Part shown: positions 30,138 through 39,258 of the stretch, piece after piece | Position numbering within the stretch: position 1 is the first letter of the stretch | Layout: each line of letters opens with the position of its first letter | Source of the DNA: an uncultured bacterium | GTDB lineage: Bacteria; Zhuqueibacterota; QNDG01; DTFT01 | Length of the DNA: 64,000 bases | Direction of reading: 5' to 3' | Assembly: GCA_963736115.1 (NCBI GenBank) | Contig: CAVTNR010000002.1 | Coordinates: forward strand, 111,226 to 175,225 | The notes under the pieces: model-generated | The model's input: only the letters and a program-made list of their open reading frames with translations | Databases searched by the model: none | What the model was told of the DNA's origin: nothing | Made by a program: the position numbers and the translations under genes

Positions 30138-30959
30138 TCACCGGCCGGCCAGGCCGGAAAAAGTCGTAAACCGGACGCCCTCCGTGCCGGACAGTCTTTT
30201 CAGAAATTCTTCCCACGGATCGAGCAGGGATTTCACGATTCGGCCTTTGCCGTCGAAAAAACGCCAGGAATGTACCGGAAGCACGAGCGTGTCGGTCACG
30301 GAATCAAGCGCCGCTTCCGCGTTCGCTCCGGTCCGGTCGTCGGGAAAGCTGAAATCCACGCCCGGATGCTGGAGGAGCAGAAATCGTCCCCAGCGCATCA
30401 CCATGCGGCCTTTCAGTTTATTCAGGAGAAACCGGGGCCACAACCGGGCCGGGATCAGGCCGTGCGGGAACCGGGACAGGCAGATACCCGCGTACCGTTT
30501 GCGGATTTCCCTGAGCGCGGGACCGGACACCCGGTCGCGAGGAGGCACGAAAAAAACGGGTTTATTGCCGAAAGCCGCCTCGATCAGCGCCATTCCCCTT
30601 TCCAGCCTGGTCGCGATAGCGTCCCGGTCCTGTATGAGGAATTCCGGCGTGCCTGCCACGGCCCCGGCATGCGACCATCCGTGCTGGCTGACTTCAATGA
30701 ATCCGCGTCCGCGTATCGCATTCACCAGTCCGGCGTTCTCCCCGACCGGCCTGGGACCGGACCGGCCCGCAGTGCCGGCCGGCAGAAAGCCCTCGGGTTC
30801 TTCCGGGCCGTGCAGAGCCGAACCGTCCGCTTCCGGAATGACCGCCGCGTTGAACGGGATCCGGTTCCGGATAAGGAAATCGTGGGCCCGCTCGAATTGC
30901 CCGGGGTCCGTGAAAAAGGAGATGTCGTCGTCGCGCACGACGACCGCCATCCGCCTCAC
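30138..30959 (-). CDS. DUF2334 / NodB-like polysaccharide deacetylase
   Basis: VVVRDDD, QHGWSH and FVPP motifs. GTG start overlaps the GT4 stop. Confidence 0.75.
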   Translation of the reverse strand: MRRMAVVVRDDDISFFTDPGQFERAHDFLIRNRIPFNAAVIPEADGSALHGPEEPEGFLPAGTAGRSGPRPVGENAGLVNAIRGRGFIEVSQHGWSHAGAVAGTPEFLIQDRDAIATRLERGMALIEAAFGNKPVFFVPPRDRVSGPALREIRKRYAGICLSRFPHGLIPARLWPRFLLNKLKGRMVMRWGRFLLLQHPGVDFSFPDDRTGANAEAALDSVTDTLVLPVHSWRFFDGKGRIVKSLLDPWEEFLKRLSGTEGVRFTTFSGLAGR

Positions 30960-32173
30960 CCGTCCGCTCCGTTTTTCCGGTATAACGCCGCGGCTTTTTT
31001 CAGCACGGCCTCCATTTTCCGGCTGTGGCCGTCCCATGTGTACGATTCCAGAACCGTGCGCCTGGCGGCCAGGGACAGGCGCTTCCGGAGAGCCGGGGTA
31101 TCCGCCAGTTGAAGCACCTTTTCGGCGAACGCGCTGGCGTCATCAGGGTCGAACAGGAATCCGTTCCTGCCGTCCCGGATCACGTCCGTGACCTGGGGCA
31201 CGGCGGAGGCGACAACGGCCTTCTGCGAAGCCATGTATTCGAACAGCTTCATGGACGAAGGATACCAGAAGGGATGCTTCGGATACGGCACCACCACAAC
31301 ATCCATGACGTTGAGGTAACGGGGCACATCCGCGTACGGCACCGTGCCCGTCAGAAAGACGCGGCCGGCCAGTTCCTGATCCGGGAAATGCGACCGGATG
31401 ACCTCGCGATTCCGGCCGCCGCCCACGAAAAGCAGAACGATGCGCCTCCGCATTTTCAGAACACGCCTGGAAATGGCCAGCAGGTTCTCGAGGCCGGACC
31501 AGCCGTACAGGGAGCCGATCCATCCGACGACCACGGCGTCCCCGGGTATGCCGAGGCTCCGCCGCGTTTCTTGCCCCCCGATCATGGGACGGAACTGGTC
31601 CGGATCCGCTCCGTTCGGCACCACGGTGATTTTGCCTTCCGGCACGCCGGACCGGACCAGGTAATCCTTCAGCAGGTCGGAAATGGTGATGATCGCCCGG
31701 CAGTTCTTCCAGTTCCAGCGCTCGATCCATTCAGGAAGGGCCGGCCACACCAGCCGCCGGTGCTTCCACATCCGGCGGTATTCATAGGCAGACGGGCAGT
31801 CCACTTCGAGCACCACGGGAACGCGAAGCAGGCGGGCGACCAGTCCGGCGGACAGGTTGTACAGCTCACCCCGGAGAAAAAGCACGTCGGGTTTTTCAGC
31901 GCGGAGAATGCGGAACTCGCGGACCGCGTCGGGCAGGTTGGCCAGGAGCTTCTTCGGGTCATGCAGAAGGTTGGAGAGCCGCTTTTTCAGCCTGGCCCGT
32001 ATTTTCAGGCGGATCGAATCGCCTTCGAGATCTTCAGGTTGAACCGAGAGCCAGTGAACCGAAACCCGGTGGCCCAGCCGCCGCAGTCCGCCGGTGAAAC
32101 CCAGCGCCTTGTTCGCGGACCCCGCGGAAATCCCCTTGATGTCATAAAGATAGCTGAAATAAGTGATATTCAA
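30956..32173 (-). CDS. Glycosyltransferase family 4
   Basis: VVPNGAD, GWIGS, 'SMKLFEYMA' and NGFLFDP. TTG start at 32173 with a GGAG SD. Confidence 0.9.
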   Translation of the reverse strand: MNITYFSYLYDIKGISAGSANKALGFTGGLRRLGHRVSVHWLSVQPEDLEGDSIRLKIRARLKKRLSNLLHDPKKLLANLPDAVREFRILRAEKPDVLFLRGELYNLSAGLVARLLRVPVVLEVDCPSAYEYRRMWKHRRLVWPALPEWIERWNWKNCRAIITISDLLKDYLVRSGVPEGKITVVPNGADPDQFRPMIGGQETRRSLGIPGDAVVVGWIGSLYGWSGLENLLAISRRVLKMRRRIVLLFVGGGRNREVIRSHFPDQELAGRVFLTGTVPYADVPRYLNVMDVVVVPYPKHPFWYPSSMKLFEYMASQKAVVASAVPQVTDVIRDGRNGFLFDPDDASAFAEKVLQLADTPALRKRLSLAARRTVLESYTWDGHSRKMEAVLKKAAALYRKNGADG

Positions 32174-32289
32174 GACGGACTCCGAATCCCATTGTTCCGG
32201 CAATCGGCAAAGTAAGGAAAATATGGCCGTCCCGCAAGGTGTTTTTGGCGTCTGCCTGCCTGTTCAGGCCCGTAAAAGTACGGGTACCC

Positions 32290-32318
32290 TTTACTTCGTC
32301 CGATTTCTTTCGTATATT
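32290..32318 (+). promoter_or_regulatory. sigma70-like promoter abutting the thrA start codon
   Basis: TTTACT-N17-TATATT ends 6 nt before ATG 32325. Confidence 0.5.
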
Positions 32319-32324
32319 TATTCC

Positions 32325-34786
32325 ATGACAATGAAAATATTGAAATTCGGCGGTTCTTCAATTTCCACTCCTGAGCGCGTCCAGGGCGTCATGGACATCG
32401 TCCTCCGGTCCGCGAAACGCAACCGGAACCGCATCGCCGTTGTGTTTTCCGCATTCGGCGGGGTTACGGACAACCTCATCAGCCTGAGCCGCGAAGCCGC
32501 GGGACATTCGAACGATTACCGGTCCTCATTCGCGGCCCTGAAGAAGCGGCATTCGGACGCGGTGAGGGCCCTCATTCCTCCGGAAAAACGGGAAACCGTA
32601 CAGACGACCGTGTCCGCCATGCTCGACGAGTTGAAGGACACGGTGCACGGTGTGTACCTGGTCAAGGAATGCTCCGCCAAGACTCTGGATTTCATCATGA
32701 GTTTCGGAGAGCGGTTGTCGTCGATCATCATCGCCGAGTCTCTGGCCGGACGCGGGCTGAACGCCGAGTTCTGCGACAGCCGGCCCCTGGTGCGGACGGA
32801 CGACAATTTCGGATCGGCGCGCGTCGATTTCGACGTCACGAACCGGAGAATCCCCGCCCATTTCGCGAAGCAAAAGGCGATTCAGATCGTCACCGGCTTC
32901 ATCGGCTCAACCGCCTCGAATGAAACGACCACGCTGGGCAGGGGCGGTTCCGATTACACGGCTTCGGTGCTGGGCGCGGCGCTGGGTGCATCCGAGATCG
33001 AAATCTGGACGGACGTCGACGGCGTCATGACCGCGGATCCGCGCAAGGTGGAAAAGGCCTTTCCCATGCCCTCCCTGACGTACGCGGAGGCGATGGAGCT
33101 TTCCCATTTCGGCGCCAAGGTCATTTATCCGCCCACCATTCAGCCGGCCATGGACAATCGGATTCCGGTCCGCATCCTCAACTCCTTCCGCCCCGACTTC
33201 GAGGGCACGCTCATCGGCCGCCGGTCGTGTTCCCCTATCCGGTGCGCGGCATTTCGTCCATGGACGACATCGCCCTGCTCCTGATCGAGGGCGGCGGCAT
33301 GTTCGGTGTGGTTGGATTCGCCAGCCGGCTGTTCGGCGTCCTGGCCCGCCACCGGATCAATGTCATCCTGATCTCGCAGGCCTCGTCCGAGCACTCGATC
33401 TGCCTCGCCGTGGACCCGCATTCCGGCCGGCCGGCCAAGGCCGTGATCGAGGAGGAATTCAGCCTGGAAATCCAGGCAAAGAAGCTCGAGCCCGTTTCCG
33501 TGGATCCGCACGCGTCCATCGTGGCCGTTGTCGGAGAGAACATGAAGCGGACGCCCGGCATTTCGGGCCGCCTGTTCCAGGCCCTGGGCCAGAACGGGGT
33601 GAATGTCCTGGCCATCGCCCAGGGCTCCTCGGAGCTGAACATCTCCGTAGTGGTACCGAAATCCGACGTTTCGAAATCCCTGAACGCCCTGCACGACGCG
33701 TTCTTCCTTTCCGGCGCCAGAACCGTGAACCTGTTCGTGCTCGGCACCGGGCTCATCGGCGGCACTCTGCTCCGCCAGATCCTCGCGCAGAGCGAGTCGC
33801 TCCGCGAGGGGCGCGGCCTGGAACTGCGTGTCGTGGCGCTGGGCGACATCCGCGGAATGGTCTTCGACCGGAACGGCATCGCGCTCGGCTCCTGGCGGGA
33901 GACCCTGGACGCCTCGCCGGAGCGCATCGACCTGGAAGCGTTTTTGCACCGGATGAAGACCTTGAACCTGCCCCATTCCGTCTTCGTCGACTGCACCGGG
34001 AGCGAGGATGTGGTGGGGGCCTACGAGGGCGTCCTCAAGCACAGCATTTCCATTGTCACGCCGAACAAGATCGCGAATTCCGGTCCTTACGCGCGGTACC
34101 GCAGGCTCCGGGAAACCGCTCTCAACCGCGGCGTCCGCTTCCTGTACGAAACCAATGTGGGCGCCGGGCTGCCGGTGATCAACACGCTGAACGACCTCAC
34201 CGCAAGCGGCGACACCGTGCTGAAAATAGAAGCCGTGCTTTCGGGAACGCTGAGCTTCATCTTCAACACATTCGGCCGGGACAAGTCCTTCAGCCGGGCG
34301 GTGCGGGAGGCGAAGACGCTCGGCCTCTCCGAACCGGATCCGCGCGACGATCTGTCCGGACGCGACGTGGGCCGCAAACTCCTGATTCTCGCGCGCGAAA
34401 CCGGCCTGGCACTCGAGCCTTCGGACGTGGACGTGGAAAACATCCTGCCCGAAAAGTGCCGGCGCGCATCCACGGTCGAGGCGTTCTTCCGCGAGCTGGA
34501 GAAATCGGACGGCCTCTTCGAGGAACGCCGTAGGCAGGCGGAGTCGCGGGGGAACGTCCTCCGGTACATCGGCACGGTCGCGGACGGCAGGGCCGGCGTG
34601 TCCCTGTCCGAGGCGGGCCCGGACCATCCCTTCTTCTCGCTGTCCGGCAGCGACAACATGATCGTGTTTACGACCGAGCGGTACCGGGAAAGGCCGCTCG
34701 TCGTCAAAGGGCCCGGCGCGGGCGCCGAGGTCACGGCCGCGGGCGTATTCGCGGACATTCTGAGAATCGCCAGCGCGATGTCGTAA
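32325..34786 (+). CDS. thrA: Bifunctional aspartokinase/homoserine dehydrogenase I; one frameshift near 33232
   Basis: KFGGSS, TTLGRGGSDYTA, ACT domains, GTGLIG, YETNVGAGLP and KGPGAG. Adding one C gives 820 aa. Confidence 0.93.
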
Positions 34787-34844
34787 ACCCCGGGGACCGC
34801 CGCGGACGGCCCGATCAAGAAACCTGCACAAGAGGAATCCATTG

Positions 34845-35951
34845 ATGTCATCGTTTCCGGAACAAAAACTGCGCGTGGGACTGCTCGGGGCCACGGGCAC
34901 CGTGGGCCAGCGATTCGCCCTTCTGCTGGAAAGGCACCCCTGGTTCGAAGTCGTCCGCCTGGCCGCTTCGGAGCGGTCGTCGGGCAGACCCTATGCCGAA
35001 GCCGTGGCCGGCCGCTGGTCCCAGACCGCGCCGGTTCCGGCAGCTCTCCGGGACCTCCGCGTGTGTGAAGTGGAAAAGGACATGCGGGAACTCGCGGATT
35101 CCGTGGATCTGGTTTTCTCCGCAATGAGCCTTGATAAGGAGCGCATCCGTAAAATCGAGACGGATTACGCGGCCGCGGGCGTTGCGGTCGTGTCGAACAA
35201 TTCCGCGCATCGGCTTACGGAAGACGTGCCCATGCTCATGCCCGAGGTCAATCCGGACCATATCGGCTTGGTGGACATTCAGCGCCGGAATCGGGGATGG
35301 ACCACGGGACTGATCGCGGTCAAGCCCAACTGCTCCATTCAGTCCTACGTGCCGGTGCTGGAGGCCTGGAAATCATTCGGACCCGAGCGCGTCGTGGTCT
35401 CCACGTACCAGGCCATATCCGGCGCGGGAAAAACCTTCGAGACCTGGCCGGAGATGCGGGACAACGTCATTCCCTTCATTCCCGGCGAGGAGAAGAAATC
35501 CGAAGAAGAACCGCTGAAAATATGGGGGACGCTCAAGGCCGGGAAGCTCGTCCACGCCGATAAGCCCGTGATCTCCGCGACCTGCATACGGGTGCCGGTC
35601 ACCGACGGCCACATGGCGTCCATCGCCGTGGCCTTCGGCCTCGGCCGCAAACCGAAGCGGGAAGATATGATCGAAGCCATCCGGTCTTTCCGCGATCCGC
35701 TCCTGCCGCTCGGGCTTCCCTCTTCTCCGAAGAAGTTCCTGACCTGGTTCGACGGGGACGACCGTCCCCAGACCCGGCTGGACCGGGACCTGGAAAACGG
35801 CATGGGCATTTCAGCGGGCAGACTGAGGGATGATTCGGTTCTGGACTGGAAGGTCGTCGCGCTGTCTCACAACACGCTGCGAGGCGCGGCCGGCGGCGCG
35901 GTGCTCATCGCGGAATTGCTGGTGAAAAAGGGGCTTATCAAACCGCGGTAA
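34845..35951 (+). CDS. asd: Aspartate-semialdehyde dehydrogenase (archaeal/fungal-like clade)
   Basis: LLGATGTVGQRF..LL..HPWF, KPNCS, QAISGAG, RPQTRLDR and HNTLRGAAG. Confidence 0.94.
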   Translation: MSSFPEQKLRVGLLGATGTVGQRFALLLERHPWFEVVRLAASERSSGRPYAEAVAGRWSQTAPVPAALRDLRVCEVEKDMRELADSVDLVFSAMSLDKERIRKIETDYAAAGVAVVSNNSAHRLTEDVPMLMPEVNPDHIGLVDIQRRNRGWTTGLIAVKPNCSIQSYVPVLEAWKSFGPERVVVSTYQAISGAGKTFETWPEMRDNVIPFIPGEEKKSEEEPLKIWGTLKAGKLVHADKPVISATCIRVPVTDGHMASIAVAFGLGRKPKREDMIEAIRSFRDPLLPLGLPSSPKKFLTWFDGDDRPQTRLDRDLENGMGISAGRLRDDSVLDWKVVALSHNTLRGAAGGAVLIAELLVKKGLIKPR

Positions 35952-35986
35952 CAGGGAAACGCATTCCGCAGGGTTCTCGAAAATAT

Positions 35987-36027
35987 ACGGCTTCAGGAGG
36001 CGGTTCGCCTGCTGAAGCCGTTCTTTA
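35987..36027. terminator. Terminator hairpin between asd and the NMO-like gene
   Basis: acggcttcag..aggcg / cgcct..ctgaagccgt followed by tcttt. Confidence 0.65.
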
Positions 36028-36061
36028 TTCCGCGGAAATGGAAATCAGCCGGCTATACGGG

Positions 36062-37198
36062 CTAAGCGGCCTCGGCCTGCGGACTTCGGACGGATTGAAC
36101 CGCTTCCGCATATTCCTTTTTCAGGGAGTCGAAGACCTCTTTCACGGTCGAGATGCGGTCCGCCCGATAGGCATTGGCGCCTGCGAACACAAATCCCTCG
36201 TTCAGGCGGCCCACCCGCGCGTTGGTCAGGGCGAGCGCGATGCAGTAGGGCGCGTTCACGAAATCGCATGTCTTCAGGCATTTCCAGGGGCACTTGAAAG
36301 GCTTCCTCACCCCTGCGGTCACATCCTCCAGAAACGGATTTCGGATGGCCCGTCCGGGCAGTCCAACCGGGCTGTCGATGAGAACCAGGTCCTCCCTGGC
36401 CGCGTTCACATACGCGGCCTTGAACGCGGAGTCCGCGTCGCATTCGGCCGTGGGCACGAAGCGGCTGGCCATCTGCACGCCCGCGGCGCCGAGGTTCAGA
36501 AACCGGAGTATGTCGGCGCCGGTGTAAATCCCTCCGGCCGCGATGACCGGAATAGCCTTTCCGGACGATTGCCTTGCCGGTTCCACGGCCTGTATCACTT
36601 CGGGGATAAGGCGCTCCAGGGCGAAGGCCGGGTCCGCGATCTGCTCCCTCTTGAATCCGAGATGACCTCCGGCCAGCGGTCCTTCCACGACGAACGCGTC
36701 CGGCGTGCAGCCGTATTTTTCCCACGATTTCAGAATGAGCGCCGCGGCCCGGCCGGATGAGACGATGGGCGCCAGCCGGGTGGCCCCGGCACGGATCCTT
36801 TCGGGCGTGAGCAGGGACGGAACCTTGAGCGGAAGCCCGGCGCCGAGCAGGAGCAGGTCCGCGCCTTCATCAACGGCCGCGACGAGCAATTCATCGAAAT
36901 CGGAAAGTGCCACCATGATGTTGACGCCGATGAGGCCGGTCGAGAGGGCCCGCGCCTTTCGGATCTCCTTCCGGAGCGCCCGCGCGTTCGCCTCCTTGAA
37001 ATTCGTGTTGAAATCCGGTTCGAGCATGCCCAGGCCGACCGCCGCGATCACGCCGATGCCGCCCTGGTTCGCCACGGCCGAGGCCAGGCCCGAGACGGAA
37101 ATGCCGACGCCCATTCCGCCCTGAATGACGGGCAGAGGCGATTCCAGGCCGCTGATGTTCAGGCCCGGCATCCGCGTTGTTTGTGAGTCCGTTTGCAT
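36062..37198 (-). CDS. Nitronate monooxygenase / FabK-like FMN oxidoreductase
   Basis: PVIQGGMGVGIS, EGPLAGGHLG, IAAGGI, GVQMASRF, SPVGLPGRAI and a Cys cluster CPWKCLKTC...YCI. Confidence 0.88.
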   Translation of the reverse strand: MQTDSQTTRMPGLNISGLESPLPVIQGGMGVGISVSGLASAVANQGGIGVIAAVGLGMLEPDFNTNFKEANARALRKEIRKARALSTGLIGVNIMVALSDFDELLVAAVDEGADLLLLGAGLPLKVPSLLTPERIRAGATRLAPIVSSGRAAALILKSWEKYGCTPDAFVVEGPLAGGHLGFKREQIADPAFALERLIPEVIQAVEPARQSSGKAIPVIAAGGIYTGADILRFLNLGAAGVQMASRFVPTAECDADSAFKAAYVNAAREDLVLIDSPVGLPGRAIRNPFLEDVTAGVRKPFKCPWKCLKTCDFVNAPYCIALALTNARVGRLNEGFVFAGANAYRADRISTVKEVFDSLKKEYAEAVQSVRSPQAEAA

Positions 37199-37317
37199 CG
37201 GTTTTTTCCCTTTATTCTGAGTGTTTTCCGGCGTATTTTAGGGGTGTCGGAATCAGGCCGGCCGGGCCGGGTTTTCCGGTCATCTCGTTCAGTTTAATGA
37301 ATTTCCACCGGATCGTT

Positions 37318-37335
37318 TGTAAAAGTACTGTAAAA
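37318..37335. promoter_or_regulatory. 11-bp-period direct repeat, putative OmpR-family binding box
   Basis: tgtaaaa-gtac-tgtaaaa between the divergent NMO and kinase genes. Confidence 0.55.
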
Positions 37336-37349
37336 CCGACGGACATCCC

Positions 37350-38384
37350 TTGCGAAAACGCCAATCCCTCCGGTATCTCGTCATCTTCGTCCTGGCGCAG
37401 ATGGCATGGCTGACCCTGCTGGGCCTGTGGATTTACCGGTATCTGACCGTTTATTACGCGGAAACGGGAAACGCTCTGCCCCACCCCCTGCTGTCTCCCC
37501 GAGCCAACGTGACGGCGCTTGTGGGCGGTCTGATCCTCCTCGTCGCCGTGTCGGTGGGCATGTCGCTTTTGTTCGCCCGGCTGAACAGCCAGCTGAAAAC
37601 CACCCGAATGTACGACAATTTCATCGCGAATGTGACCCACGAGTTGAAATCGCCCCTGGCGTCCATCCAGCTGGTCCTGGAAACGCTGAGCGAAAGGGAG
37701 GTCTCCGGTGCCCAGCGACGTAAATTCCTGGCGTTGATGATGCGGGACGCCGGACGCCTGAACAACCTGATCAATTCCATACTGAAGATCGCCGGGCTCG
37801 GCCAGAAGAACGTCGCCCACTATTTCGAAATCCTGTCCGCGGATCCGGTCGTGCGCGGCCTGTTGCGGGAGTCCGCCGACCAGTTCAAGCTCCCGCGGAG
37901 AGCTGTCCGGATCGAGGGCCGAGCGGCCTGCCGCATCGTCGTTGACCGCAACGCCCTGAAAATCGTATTCAACAACTTCATCGACAACGCGATCAAATAC
38001 TCGACCGGCAGGCCCCGCATCGAAGTCCAATACCACTGCAACCGGCAAAACCTGTCTGTGGCCTTCACGGACCACGGCATCGGAATCGCCGCCAAGGACC
38101 AGAAGCGGGTTTTCGACAAGTTCCTCCGGCTGTCGGGTCCGGACATTCCGAATGTCCGGGGAACGGGACTGGGCCTGTACTGGGTGAGGGAAATCATGCG
38201 GATTCACGGCGGAAAGGTGTCCGTTTCGAGCCGGGGAATACGGAAGGGATCGACGTTCACCGTCGAAATACCCGTATACCGCACGTCCGAGAGGCGGCTC
38301 GCCCGTCGGTTGATGAAAATGACGCGGGCCGGCAGTACACGGGGGAAAACCGGAGAGGAAGTGCGCCATGCGGACGAAGGCTAG
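37350..38384 (+). CDS. Sensor histidine kinase (two TM helices, short loop)
   Basis: H-box THELKSPL, N-box DNAIKYS, DHGIGI and GTGLGL. Confidence 0.93.
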   Translation: MRKRQSLRYLVIFVLAQMAWLTLLGLWIYRYLTVYYAETGNALPHPLLSPRANVTALVGGLILLVAVSVGMSLLFARLNSQLKTTRMYDNFIANVTHELKSPLASIQLVLETLSEREVSGAQRRKFLALMMRDAGRLNNLINSILKIAGLGQKNVAHYFEILSADPVVRGLLRESADQFKLPRRAVRIEGRAACRIVVDRNALKIVFNNFIDNAIKYSTGRPRIEVQYHCNRQNLSVAFTDHGIGIAAKDQKRVFDKFLRLSGPDIPNVRGTGLGLYWVREIMRIHGGKVSVSSRGIRKGSTFTVEIPVYRTSERRLARRLMKMTRAGSTRGKTGEEVRHADEG

Positions 38385-39207
38385 CATTCTGCTCGTGGAG
38401 GATGAGGAGTCCCTGTCGATCGGACTCGAATTCAATCTCCGAGAGGAAGGGTATACGGTCACCCGCGCGGCGGACGGCCGGCGGGCCCTCGAGTTTTTCG
38501 CGGCCCGCGATTTCGACCTGATCGTGCTGGACCTCATGCTGCCGCACATCGACGGATTCGAGGTCGCGACCCGCATCCGAGCCCGCTCGCCCCGCGTACC
38601 CATCCTGATGCTGACGGCCAGAACCTCGGCCGCTGACCGGATCCGGGGGCTGGAGATCGGCGCGGATGATTACCTGACCAAACCGTTTCACCGGAAGGAA
38701 CTGCTCCTGCGGGTGGAGGGCATGCTGAGGCGGAAGGCATGGTACCAGTCATCGGTCGAAGCCTCGCCTGCGACCCGCATCGGCCGCTGCGAGATCCGAT
38801 TCGACGAGCTGACCGTACGATCGGCCGGCCGGGTCGTCCGGATGACGCCGCGCGAAGCCATGGTGCTGAAATACCTCGCCGACCGCGAAGGAAAGGTCGT
38901 CACCCGCAGGGAACTGCTGGAGAAAGTCTGGCAGGTTCCCTCGGATGTCGAGACGCGCACCGTCGACGCATTCATCGCCCGGCTGAGAAAGATGATCGAG
39001 CCGGATCCCGCGCATCCCGTGGTCATCCGGAGCATCCGGAGCGCGGGATATCTCTTCACTGCAAATCCAGAGGGGCCCGACGGAACCCCCCTGGAACCGG
39101 GTGCGAGCCGATCCGGCCGACCGGGCGAAAATGCGGTCCGCGGCCGGAGCCGGAAGAGGAAGACGAGCCCGGCGACGAAACGCCCGATCCGCGGAACAAC
39201 GCGCTGA
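38368..39207 (+). CDS. OmpR-family response regulator
   Basis: LLVEDE, LDLMLP, GADDYLTKPF and winged helix RTVDAFI..LR..IE. Confidence 0.94.
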   Translation: MRTKASILLVEDEESLSIGLEFNLREEGYTVTRAADGRRALEFFAARDFDLIVLDLMLPHIDGFEVATRIRARSPRVPILMLTARTSAADRIRGLEIGADDYLTKPFHRKELLLRVEGMLRRKAWYQSSVEASPATRIGRCEIRFDELTVRSAGRVVRMTPREAMVLKYLADREGKVVTRRELLEKVWQVPSDVETRTVDAFIARLRKMIEPDPAHPVVIRSIRSAGYLFTANPEGPDGTPLEPGASRSGRPGENAVRGRSRKRKTSPATKRPIRGTTR

Positions 39208-39258
39208 AAAAACCTGTCTTCAATACAGCGCCCACACCGTACTGAAAGGCGAACACGC

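Noticed and set aside
39060-39207. C-terminal extension of the response regulator as an extra domain
   Set aside because: It is a low-complexity Pro/Arg tail with no motif and may reflect stop-codon drift or an indel.
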